Positions 48,143 through 60,600 of a stretch of DNA of 64,000 bases are shown in pieces. How positions within the stretch are numbered: the first letter of the stretch is position 1; each line of letters begins with the position of its first letter. Source of the DNA: Marsupella aquatica (Eukaryota > Plantae > Marchantiophyta); assembly GCA_973895155.1 (NCBI GenBank), contig OZ316895.1, forward strand, positions 6,502,136 through 6,566,135, given 5' to 3'. Position numbers and translations under genes: made by a program. The notes beneath the pieces are model-generated. The model ran no database searches. It saw only the letters and a list, made by a program, of their open reading frames with translations, and was not told where the DNA came from.

Positions 48143-48229
48143 CACTATCTTCTTTCGTATGCATGAAAAACATTCTGAAATTTTCCTGGGTTACATTGTG
48201 AAACAGCATCTGAGGCACCAAAGTTCAGG

Positions 48230-49480
48230 CCCCTTCCGCGAGTATTGAAGTTACAATTGGATAATTGTGTCTCAGACAACAAAAACAAATATATGATGGC
48301 TTAGTTGTCATTGTTGACGGCAAGGGAGGTGTTTGAAGAGGTTCATTTGGTTTTATGGTGGTTGATCATACTCATGAGGACGTTGATGGTTCGGGCATTT
48401 TTCAGAGTCTATGATGCATAATCCCACATACTCATTGCCTGAGTTAATATCCTTGTTCATGAGAGCAAGGACACCTAATGCAGTCCCTCATTTTCTATAG
48501 GAGATCCCGGATTTCAAAAGCTACTTAGCTCCATTCATGTTGAAGGGCCCTGAGGCATTGGTGGGGCATGTAAAACCCAGGTTGTTTAGGTTCTATGTTC
48601 GTCATGATAGTATGTCATGCTTCCAATACAAAATGAAGTCAACTGATGAGGGATGGTTACCCAAGGAAGGTATTGAAATGTGGTCATGGAAAGATGACAA
48701 CAGTCCTCACATCCCAATTGGGGTGCCCAAATGGCTACCATTGATGGAGCTAAAAATGCTCCTTGAAGTGCTGATAGGGTTGAAGAAGCATGTGTCATTG
48801 TTTGAGTTCATTCTCAAGCGAACAAAAGAGGAAGAACCAAAGTGACGTTGGACAACTCTCATCAATTATTGGAATGACATTGTAGATACTCTACAGGGTA
48901 AGTAGGTGCAATATCAATCCGAAGGTGCACACAACTTGGAATACAAGTTTTGGCCTTTATCAATATGGACAGAGCACGTTCCATCAAAATATCAAAATGT
49001 GGCATGTGAGTTGGAAGCGACAATGGATTATGTGGGACTTGCAAAAGATAAACCTCCTAAGAGTTTTAACCCTAGGGTTGATGTCGTGAAGGGCTGTTAT
49101 GTGTTGGTACAGTCGGACAACCTCAGACTTGGATGTTTATCCCGTCCATATGGGGTTAGTTGTTATAGATGTGCTAGAAGGACCAATGAATGAACAAAAT
49201 CTTCTTACTCATGTATGTGGCATTGAGTGGTTTAGACCATTTATGGCAAAGAAGCCACATGGTCAATCAACCTAGAAGCCACAAGAGCGGTGGGCAGATT
49301 CTTGGGATAAGAAATGGGAACGTGATCCAACTTCAATATACAAGGAAGCTGAGACAATATATGTTTCCTTTGCCTTGTGGTGTTTTAAAGTACGCAAAGG
49401 ATCAGTGATAGGGCTGGTTGGAATTCCAAAGAATGTTGCTGCCAAGGCAAGAGACTATCTCTTGACATGCATAGCAAGTG
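48230..49480 (+). mobile_element. Degenerate Sola1-like (DUF7869-type) DDD transposase relic
   Basis: LQLDNCVSDNKNKYMMA* from 48251, then LSLLTAREVFEEVHL, (frameshift) VVDHTHEDVDG, EIPDFKSYL and FRFYVR..QYK. This matches the QxDNC..NKN / GHTHEDID signature and carries stops and frameshifts. Confidence 0.65.
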
Positions 49481-50299
49481 AAAAATCCTAGACAGTAATG
49501 AAGCTAGTAGTTTAGCACACAATTTAAAAGGCAGCTCAAAATAGTAATAACCAAAGAACTCAAGTTTAGACAAGTTTTATTGTCTAAGTTAGTTAGGTGA
49601 TATTAAGGCATGATATTATTTACATTCAAATGAATGTCGAGTAGACATTGTAATATACAATAATCCTATTAATAAATAATAATTATACACCTTCAAGTGA
49701 ACACAACTGTCAATGATATCTGATTTATATGAAGTATGGTTCCATGCCTGATTGAGTCAAAGCAATAGAAACTAAGGAGGGTACTACTGCCATGACTGTG
49801 GTACTATGTTGTAGGTCACGCGCCCTGGTGCTTGTCTTTGTTATATTCAACAGACCCTATAGTAATTGAATCTTAAATTGAGACTATGATCTTGCAACAA
49901 AACATTTGAGATTTTTGAGTATCCCAACAAATGTTAAAGAGGTTGATCATTCATTAACTAATAATATTTAGATAAAATTGGAATTAATCTAATACTTCAG
50001 TATTCCTTAAAATGGGGTTTGGGTGATCAATTTGGAATGTTGTGTTTCAATTCAATCTTGACGCAACCTCAACCTCTTAGATGAGAGGTGGACTTATTGT
50101 CCTTCCCTCCACCCTGCAAAGACATAGATGGGATTGGGCCTACATAGCTAGATGGGCCTCTATGTAGTCCCACCTTATACCAAATCCAATAGTGAGAGAA
50201 AATAAGGCTCGTACATTGTTAAAACAATGAATTTGTATCCTGTGAGTTCAAAGCTTTTTGCACTGCTCCATTGAGTGGTGCACATTAAACCAATTAGTT

Positions 50300-52015
50300 A
50301 ATAAGACATCTAATGAAGCAATCTTTTGGAGGAGGACAGGAAGGGAGAGAATTGTGAACTAAGCTACTCAAGGCTGAAATGAATACCTGAAGCTTGACTC
50401 AGACTTCCTTGACAACACTTTCATACTCTTTCAAAGTATCCACATCCCTGCGTTTTGCGGCCAAGGTGGTCACCATTGTTTCATTCCTTCGTAGGAGTAG
50501 CTCAAACTTGACACCTATTGTGTTGTTTGCCTCTACTTGCATCCTCAAGTTGGTCAACATTGTTTCATTCCTCTCTATCTATAACTCCAAGGTGGTTGTC
50601 ATCTTCTCATTCCAATCTTTCTGGCGCTCTTTCTCTATTTTCAACTCACCTACAACCTCCATCAAGCACATGCATGATGTACAACAAGGGCCCTTGGAAT
50701 GTTCTTGAAGCGTCTGAAATGCACAAGGGGAATACATTCTTTGGTGGAATGTGTCAGAGTGCTCTCCATTTTCCATGCAAGCCTCTGTCAACTCCTACCA
50801 GTTGTTGTCAACTTGATACCAACTTTTGTCTTCAATTTTCCCTATTCTCCATCCTCTGTTTCAGGCTTGATTCCGCTTCACCCAATGTCTTCCCTGACAC
50901 TTCATGTTCCTGGACCTTGATAAAGACCCTGTCTCTTGGAGACCCAATGTCTTCACCGCCTTTGCATGATCTTGATGAATTATCCCAGTCTTTGTCACCA
51001 CCTCATTGTCACAAGGTTGATTGAACAAAGAACCATCTTGGTGACCTCTCGGCTCTGCTCCGCTGGTTGAGAACAGCCCAAAAAGTCCTCCATTGCTACA
51101 TTGATCACCCTCATGCACACTAGAAACAACAATTTCTTTTGCATGTCCCAACATCGCATCACTATCACAATTTGCAGATGCATTGTGAGATGTTTGTCGA
51201 CCTGGATAGTTCTCCTCCATCCCGTGCTTTTCCACTCTATGGTGCTTCGAACCCACTAGAGTAGATGTTTTTCAATGGAATACTTGTGGCCCTGGTGAAG
51301 ACACAATTGAACTTCTCACTCAACATAATTTGCACATAGGATCCAAAGTTGTAAGTGCAAGTCATGTTACCTTGGGGAGAATTGTTCCCTAGCTCTACAA
51401 AGGAGGTCAATCAGTCTCCTGACAAGATATTCTCCCTAATTCTTTCTACTACTTGTTTCTTCAACTTGCTTTATTTGGCAGAGAGACACATCAGCCCTGC
51501 TCCCCTTAAAGTGAAGAGCCCCCAATTGAAACTCTAGCCTCTCTGATTAGAGAATCTTTGCAATATTGCAATGAGTAAGGACCTTGGTAAGAACTATTGT
51601 TGTTCCTTTTAATTCCTGCAAATGACTTTGGATTATATCAAACTGCTTTTTGCTCAAATGGCTCCCCTGACCCTTGCAACTTGAATGTCTTCTTGATAAA
51701 ATCCAAACTCAAGTCTATTCTTCTCCCACAAACTCATGTTTCAGATTGTTTGCTGTGAAAGTTCCAAATGATATCGATAATGTCAGACTTAGAATGACTC
51801 TTAGTGTCCCAACAAACTCCCAAAACAAAGTTTGCGGCTTGCCATTGTGCTGAAGATATTCCAAATGCCGCGCTTGACACAATGTCATCACCACAAGTGG
51901 TGGGATAAAATAGAATGTTGACCGCATGGCCATAGGCTTGGAAGACATCATTGTCCCTTCTGGTGGGCACTTTCTTGGCTTGAAAAGAGCTCTTGCCACT
52001 AGTAGGTATGTACAC
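50300..52015 (-). pseudogene. Decayed, probably transposon-associated ORF
   Basis: Fragmented minus-strand frames, including DIIDIIWNFHSKQSET*VCGRRIDLSLDFIKKTFKL, loosely like plant transposon-associated domains, and a charged coiled-coil-like tail near 50400-50650. Confidence 0.3.
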
Positions 52016-53138
52016 CAGCCCTATGTTGCACTATCTTGGTTTGATATCAGTTTGATATCTAGACAAATGTCATGCTAGATTGTGGTGACAATGAGAATGG
52101 TTGTGCTCCCCGAGTTCCCCAATGTACAAGCACATTACACAGTGTCAACAACACCAAGTAATTAAACACTCATCACTCAAAATGCTAAAATGCATGAGTG
52201 CGAGGCCCGGTGCGAGGATATCCGGTTCCTATGGTGATAGGTGTGAATGAAATCCACCACTTCCCCAGGAAGATTCACAACGTCTATGCACGTAGGAACC
52301 CATTGTCAACCTTGGTTCAACTAGAAACAATTGTAGGGGAACTAGATCCAGAGGCATGCAGACATGTGCAGTAATATATGTGGTGTGATTCAATACAAAA
52401 TTTATGTTTAACTACAACATGATATTCACGCTCATTGCCTAATTATGGGGTAATTATGCTGCTTGATCTTACAAGTGTAATTAAACCCTAAACCCTGCAC
52501 ATCCCAGCCCTGTTTCCAGGTCATGATGGAGAGCTTGTGGACTAAGCTTGTGGATACAAAAGGTGCCATATATGTAGTAATTCTACGCGGGCACTGATTG
52601 AGTTCCTAGACCAATAGTAATGCCATCTCAATTACAGTTGACTATGACAAACCCAACTGCTTCAGTTAAACAAGAACCCAACCTGCAACCCAACTCCTTC
52701 AATTGAATGAGAACAGAGGTAACTGTCTGGATATAATATTGGAGTAATCCTCTGAAAATCATCTACTAGAGGTCAAATGGATCATTGCTTACCGTTCTGA
52801 AATATATGTGTATAGCTTGCTATGGGACTCAAATCAAACATTTCATTTTGTGACTATTGGGATTTTGCATGTCCAGTTGGACATCATCTCAAATGTTTGT
52901 GTCTATGTAAGCTTTCTAATAAAGTGCTACCCTAATTATGGTAGAGGCAGGACTTCAGGGAGGACATTAAAAACTTGAAGATGAGATAATGGTAGTTCTT
53001 TGGGTTTTCTGTTGTTTCAAACAAAAAATTACAGCTTTTAAGTAATCTGCCACTGAAGTCCTTCTTATTGACAAAAAGAAGAGGGAAAATGCTCTCCTTA
53101 TTGACAATAGCACAACATTTTTTTCACCTAAATGGATA

Positions 53139-53570
53139 CTTTTTTCTTTCTTTCTTTGAATGAATGAAAAGCTTTATAGCACACGGGGGCAGAACCGCCC
53201 AACAAAAGCCGAAACAACAAGGGCCACGCGGAGCAGCCAGGGGAAAAGGACCCCAAACCCGGAAGGCCCTAATCCAGAAAAAGAGCAATAATTAGCAAGC
53301 AGAGCTGAACGAGCTCAATAATAGTCCAGTCAAGGAAGCCAGCTAGGGAGGGGGTCACCCTTTGACTCTTGGCATTTACTAACTTTCAAAATTGCTATTG
53401 TAGAGCAATCTAACCTTGACTTTGCTAAAATTCCTGCTGTCCTGTCTCCAAGTAGTTTGCACATTGATCTCTTATTGCCAAGACTGCTCTTACTGGGAGG
53501 CTGAGTCCTAATGATGTAAAAAAGGTGATCTCTGGTTTGGTCCTTCACTCCATATGCATGGCAGCCAACT
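53139..53570 (-). mobile_element. 5'-truncated LINE (L1/Tx1-like) 3' end
   Basis: The minus strand reads CIWSEGPNQRSPF (like the ORF2 C-terminal IWxERNxRxF motif), then a 3' UTR ending ...GCCCCCGTGTGCTATAAAGCTTTTCATTCATTCAAAGAAAGAAAGAAAAAAA (A-rich tail). Confidence 0.4.
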
Positions 53571-54617
53571 TTCTTTTCTTGTTGTCACCCATTACAGTAA
53601 TTACAGCCGGTTTGGGTACGAGCAGTCGGAATAGGTGTATGTTCTTTATAAAACTCCAACTACAAGCTAGAGTTGGGGCCTAGGTTTCTAGAGTGAAGCC
53701 TCTAGATCTCTAGACCATAAATTCATGGCGCATCTTGTGGATGAGAAAAATCATGACTATGATGTATGTCAAATGATAATCATGCATGTTATTGTTCATG
53801 ATTTTAATTTATATTAAAAATGACATAACATATGTGCATAGAAAGAGGAATGGACATAGAAATGAGTATGGGATGCTATGTATGGTTATGAAGATGATAA
53901 CATGCATGATGGTATTTTTATCATTTCATTAACCTTCTAAAAATGTGAATAAAGAATATATTTGACATTTTTATTGTATTTTATTGTATTATTAATAAAA
54001 AACTGGACAAATAGTCTTTCCAAGCACTGGCCAATTTTATGGAGTGTGCTTCTCTGCAGTAGTTAAACCTCTTATTTAGCTGCTCCCCTTTGGGGGGACT
54101 TAGTTTCTTTCCGGTGCCTGCCACGCCCCCACAGGTTTGTTTTTAGGCACTTCCCACCTTTGTGGTCAATCCTGGTGTTGCCCTTGTGGCCCCTCTTTGT
54201 ATGCTGTTTTTTTGGATGGAATTCAAAAAGATTTTTGAAGGAAAAAATAAATAATAATCTTCCCAAGTGCAACAGATGAGTGGAGGAGAGGTGGAGGAGG
54301 AGGAGACCTTTGTTCATCCATTCCCTCTTGAAAAGGCACATCCTCGGAACTGTAGGTTTGCACGAGAAATTTGCAAAGGGCCCTACTCCAACGAGGGCCC
54401 TTTCATCTCGTCTCGCCTTTCTTCTGAGCACAAAAGAAATGATGTTGGCGCAGATCGTTTGAAATTCATCTCATCCTCGAACATCTGATTATTGGGAGCG
54501 GAGATTCGGACTAGATCGTGCGCTTTGTGTGTGGCAGACGCAGATGAAACGCGGAGGAGTGTAAGGTGTGGGAGTGCAGTAAGGGAGGGAGACGAGGGGA
54601 GCTGAGGAGGAGAGAAG

Positions 54618-57600
54618 ATGGAGGACTGCTGGAGCAGCAGCCTGGGACGACGCCGGTGCAATGCTCTGGTCGTGGGGCTGCTGGTGCTGGCAGTGGGATG
54701 CGCTGTGGGGAGTGTTCATCAGTCGAAGAGCGTGAATGTTGCTGTTCGTGCAAAATGGGCCGGGACTCCTCTTTTGCTAGAAGCCAGGTAACGTGGAGAT
54801 GAAAAATTTGCAATTCGACATCCCCTTAACAGAGAGCTTGAATGGAATGTATGGGTTTTGGAGACCGCTGGCCCTGTCGGAAGCCCTTTAGGATCGGATA
54901 GTACTGAAAGACTCTGTGTTACACTGCACCAGCAAGCTATGGCACCAGATCTTATGTGGTAGTTGGAATTTCTTGGATGGGGGACTCGGATGGGGGACTT
55001 TCTGGAGCTGGTGTTGACCATCTTTACTGCGAGTTTAGCGTGGCACTGATATCCGGGTTTTTAGACTTCAGCTCCCAAATTTTTCGTCGTCAAGCCCAAA
55101 TTGCAGGGGAATCACGGAAAGGGTTACTGAATTTAAAGTGGCGTTAACTAGGCAGAAATGGTCATGGTTTGCGACAGAGCAACTGCTTAATGAGGAATTA
55201 GATAATGCTTTAGCAATTTCTGAGATGAAAATCAGATTGTTCCGGAGAGTTCTGTGGGACGTAGAGAAGGGAGGAAAGCTGAAATTATGGCCAACAGCGC
55301 CGAGGATTGAATTTCCAGAGCTTATGTCGAGATTCTAAAATCTGAGCTAATTCCTCTCAGATTAGAGCGGCCAAAGGGAGAAGAACTTTTGACGTCAAGG
55401 ATAATACCAGTTTGGATAGCTGCAGTCAATGGGAAGAGAGGACGAAAGTCAGCACGAATGAAATCGATCATAGCTCATCAAAACAAAAGGATCAAAATTA
55501 ATCCCTACTTAACCTAATTACAAGATCTGCGTAATGCAGTGCTCATGTCAATACATTCGAATTTCTTCGTAAGTTGTCAGGCCGGTGGATTCGGATTCAT
55601 CTCCATTCCATTAAATTCGCGCATTGGCTCCGGATGTCATCTCAAACTTTGTCAAAGCTATTGGGTAGAAGACAAGGGATGGATTGAGATTGGCCGAAAA
55701 TTTAAGCTAACCTCGGGTATGCAGTTATATGCTTCGAAGGCGATTCCAAAGGAGGTTGGGCTTGGTCAAGTCTTGTGTAGTATTTATCAGCAGTGTTTGC
55801 TTCTTAATTAGGGGCCTTGAAAATTGTCACTTATTAAACAGATCAACTGGTTCAACTATCATGCTAATAATCGTTCGCAACGCAAAGACACCATGTTTCA
55901 AAATTTCGAGGGTTTTCACTACCTTGCAGGTTAGTATAGTCAAAGCGCATGGCTCGTTCGAAAATTTTTTGGGAACCAAATTCTATGTCTGACAGCTTAT
56001 CACACGGTATGTTGTTTGCAGCGAGTTGCTCAGCAAAGAAGGGGATCATTATTTTTGGCGATTTGTGGAAGACTGGCTGAAAATTGACAAGCCTGCTGAT
56101 CCATCAGACAGAGACTGTGTACAGCTCATTTTGAAGCAAGGGAGTGCTTTGTTGGGGAGGACACTGTCACCTCTGTTTCACTTTTCCCTCTTGCTGAGGT
56201 CGGTTTCACCAAAAGTAGTTCTGTACCGGCAGCTTGCTCAGGAGTCCTTGTCGGCTCACTTCTCAAGTGATCCACTGCGTACTACATCCGATGAGCTCTC
56301 TTCAACTGCACTTCGGAGAGATGCTTCAGGGACAGAGACTGATGCGTGGTCGTCGAGTGAGAATCCGTTAGGGCCACAAGGAAAGTGCTGTTGGGTGGAT
56401 GTAGGTACTCAGGTCTTCCTTGAAGAGTCTGATCTAAGGGAATGGTTACAATCAACCAAATACAGGTGGGAAAGAAATTCTCTGAATGTTTTGGTTGATC
56501 TTCAGGGTTGAAACTAAAGATCTCAGTTTTGATAAGGTTGTGTACTCTCAGAGTGAAAGATATTGGCACAGTTGTTTGTTATATTATCAGACAATAAATT
56601 AGTATGTCATACAGAAAATTTATATCCACTCTATGCCTGCGGGCAAAAACAGATTGTAGCGAGGGTTTGGACCAATCCATATCAGCTACCTTAACGACAG
56701 CCTTGCTCTCGACAAGATTTATAGTTACTTCTTATTCCAAGACATTTGAGTAGAGCGGTTGCAGTATCTCAACGATCGAATTTTTCTCATTCTGGTTTTC
56801 CGATGGCAGATCCGACGGTGAGCGGGATGATTTGGAGATATATGAATTTGACCATGTCTATCCAGAATCTGAAGGTGGAGATTTTGTAGCTATTCTGTAC
56901 GGTTCAATTGGGACCCCTTGCTTCAGGAGCTTTCATGCTTTATTAACTGAAGGGTCCAAACAGGTGGGCTACAAACATGAAGTGAACTGAATCGTCGATT
57001 TACTTTAAAAAAAAAGAGTGAATCGAGGAGACTACCTGAAGGAGGGCCCAGAACAGTTAGGATTTTTTCGGAATGCAATAATGAATTTGTTTTTGGTGCG
57101 ATCATTATCTCAGGAAATATCAATTCTTGAACTCTACACCAGGTCCTCTTTATTTTATTAAATCCAGCCCACAAATAGAATGCCATTACTGTATACAAAT
57201 AATATTGACTTTTCAGCTCTTCAATAGTTCTCTATGTTAATTATATGTATATACTGTGTCTTTTAGGGCCAAGTGAAGTATGTTCTTCGGCCAGTATTGC
57301 CTTCTGGATGTGCATCATTTGCGGAAGGCTGTTCCGAAGTAGGTGCAAGGGGTCCTGTGAACCTAGGCGGGTACGGGGTGGAGCTTGCACTTAAGAATAT
57401 GGAATACAAGGCCATTGACGACAGCGAGGTCAAAAAAGGTTAGGGCAGTTTTTTTACCGATCCCTTCTCGTTGGTCGGATGCACTTCTGCTGTATACATT
57501 CTGATCTTGTATTGGAGGGCTTTTTGCAACTCATAGAGAAGCATGGTACAGAATGATTAGCAGTTCCCCGCTTGAGCACAAATTCAGTCTCCCTGAAATA

Positions 57601-60600
57601 GTTGTCTGCGTGCAGGTGATGGGTCAGAGGATGGGCGCATAGAAGATGATCTTAGTCAGGACGTGAAAGGATTCATATTCTCGAAGCTTCTCGTACGTTT
57701 CAATTCGAGACATCATTGTCTACAGCTTTCGATGAAAAGGAATTCGAATGTCATATTTTTGTAATGTTTATAATGCTAGGACGTTTGGAAGAGCTGCTGA
57801 TGCAAATGAATGGCTCGACTGTTACCAGGAGCGAAAGCCAGAACTGGCTGGAGAGCTTCTAACCTTCAGGGACCATTTACTTTCTTCTGGTGCTGATGAT
57901 ACATTGAATGTTTGGGAACTTAAAGGTAACTATTTACATTGCGCTTTATCGCATTTTTTCCCATCCAATCATTGAATCTAAGTTGATAGAGTAGAATTTC
58001 TGTGGCCACCAAAGTTTTGAAGGTTTACAGGTCTTGTGCATTAAAATGGTAACACAAATTTCGTAAAATTGGCGAGGCCTGGTTCAAATATGGAGATTAG
58101 AGAGAGGTAGACAGGATTTTGAGTTGTGGGCTAGCAACGAAGGGAAAGATTGATGGATGGTGCACGCCAAAGATATGGCCATGTTGTTAGTTTGATTCGG
58201 ACTCAATGAGCTCGTGCACAATCTCCATCTCCCTTGATATAAAACAGAATCTGTGCCCACTTGGGACCAGACATTGCTTCTCTGTTTTGCCAAACTTATG
58301 ACGTGGAACATTGTAAAGACCAGCCTGTCAAGATGCTTATGCGTTTTAAATGTCACAAAGTTGAACTTATGTTTATTGACTTGGTCAGATTTGGGGTATC
58401 AGACTGCTCAGCGTATTGTTCTTGCATCTGAGCCTTTAAGGTTAATGCAAGATATCAACCAAAATTTTCCAAATCTTGTCTCCTCACTTTCCCGCATGGA
58501 GGTGCGTTATTCTACTTGACATAGTCAGTCATTGAAAAGCATTTTCATGCATTCCTGAAAGTAGTAGCTCCTGCACTTTCATACAGCAACGGGGGATCCG
58601 CTTAAGTAGATCCACTCCGTGCGAGTTGTGAAAATTTCTGTGGTATGGAGTTTCACATTGGATTTTGACTCTTCAAAGACAGTTCTTATTAGCATCGGGT
58701 CGAAAGTTGTGAATTTTCATCAGTTACACAAATTCTCCATGGCAGTGTGCTGGGGAACTCTGTGATATGATTGAGATCATTCATCTTGGCCATGTGAAGC
58801 ATAAAGATGCAGCGGAGAAAGGTTTATCCTTACAGCAAGAAGGCACTGATTGAATGGCATTTGCAGCTAAATGAAACCATCAAAGAGGAGATTGTGGTGA
58901 ATCAACGAATGGTACCCCCAGGCAGGAACTTGTTTGCCATCAACGGTGCTCTTGTAAATCCTGAGACTCTTGATCTTTTCTCGTAAGTTTAAAACACTGA
59001 ATCCTGTTTGAAATGGTTGTCTTTTGAATATGTCCAATTTTAGTATTGTGGTCATCGATATCAAAGTGATCTGCAGGGTACACAGTTTTGGAGAGAAATG
59101 ATACCTCTGTTGTATACAGGTTGCTGGAAATAGTTGAAGGGGAATTGTCGGTTGCCGGAAAAATAGCGGATGTGAAGGTATCATGTTTCTGCCAGCTTTG
59201 CTTCAAGCCTATGCCTAGTCTTGCTTGATGTTGGAAATTACTCTTCGATACCATTTGTTCACGTGTTCTTACTGGAAATCAACCTTTAAGAGGTATTGTA
59301 CTATGGAAGTGGGGTCTACATTAATCTGTGTAGGGAAATGATATCGATTGATGAAAATATGTATCCATGAAAGGGTCTCAAAAAAGAGATAATTGAGGCT
59401 CAAACATAGGTCGACTGTTCGAGTATCTATAACGTAGTAACTGGTAATTTGTGGTCTTTCTATATTGACCATCCGGGCTTTCTGGATTTGGATTTTAGAA
59501 GATCAGTAGCGTCATCTTACTTAAAGATGGTGACGGGCCAGTGGTTCTGCATATCCGAAGAAGGTCTCTAGATATTATATGCAAGTCATCGATCTTTGGG
59601 TGGCATATTGCTCACCTCTAGATGTGTATGCTTAGAAAAGGTGAGAAAACGCAGAGTTCCATCCTCAACAGGATAGCGGGAAGAAAGTCCTATTCAGTGC
59701 AGGTTGCGCATCCCTATCCCTGTCTTGTTTTGACAGAACTCTATCCAGAGATTCAGTACGATCAATTTGTTATTGATCTGGATGTAGTGTACTAATCATT
59801 ATTATCGACTCAGGTTCCACCCAAGTACATCAAGGAGTTGTTGCAGTTGACAGAAGCTGCAGAGTCCAGTACCTTCCGTTTGGACTTCCGGTCAGAGCAT
59901 GTGCACTATCTTAATAATCTTGAACAAGACCCAGGTTACAGGCGCTGGCGTACCGATCTGCAACAGGTACACTTAAGGCAAACGTGGCCGGAAGTTAAGT
60001 CTAGTCTGTTGGGCGCTGTAAGGCATTTGTTCAACTTGGAGTTGTGGTTGACAACAGCTGAGCTGATTGGGTCCTTGTGGTGCAGCTTTTAATGCCTGCA
60101 TATCCTGGACAAATGCGATATATCCGGAAGAATCTGTATCATGCTGTCTATATCATTGACCCTGCTTTACCTTCTGGTCTCAAGGTTGGTAGCAACTTGC
60201 CATCTAGTAGGTCTAACTCTGTTGCTTTGAAGTTAGTCCCTTTTCTTTTGAGACATCCACCAGTTTGACTTGTGTTGGTGATGGATTTGATTCTTTAAAG
60301 CGCTAAATTGTGCATTAAAGTTTCCTGAACGAGTCTTTTAGTGTTGTCATGAGGACAAGGACTTAAAGGGGTAACTGTTCTCTAAACCTCTATCCTCATA
60401 GGGGTTTAGAGAACCTCCATGAGGATAGAGAACCTCATATAGGGCAGGTATAGCTGGGTGACGGGTATGGTATTTTTAATGCTTGTGATGCCAGGAAGGC
60501 TGGATCACTCTTTTTGGCCTTTGAAAGCTTGCCTCCACCTGTTGGGTTATGGTTGCAAGGAAACAATTCTACTTGTCTGGTCTCTGAATAATTCATGTTC

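Noticed and set aside
50036-50215. Possible solo LTR (TG...CA)
   Set aside because: No TSD, PBS or partner copy could be identified by eye.
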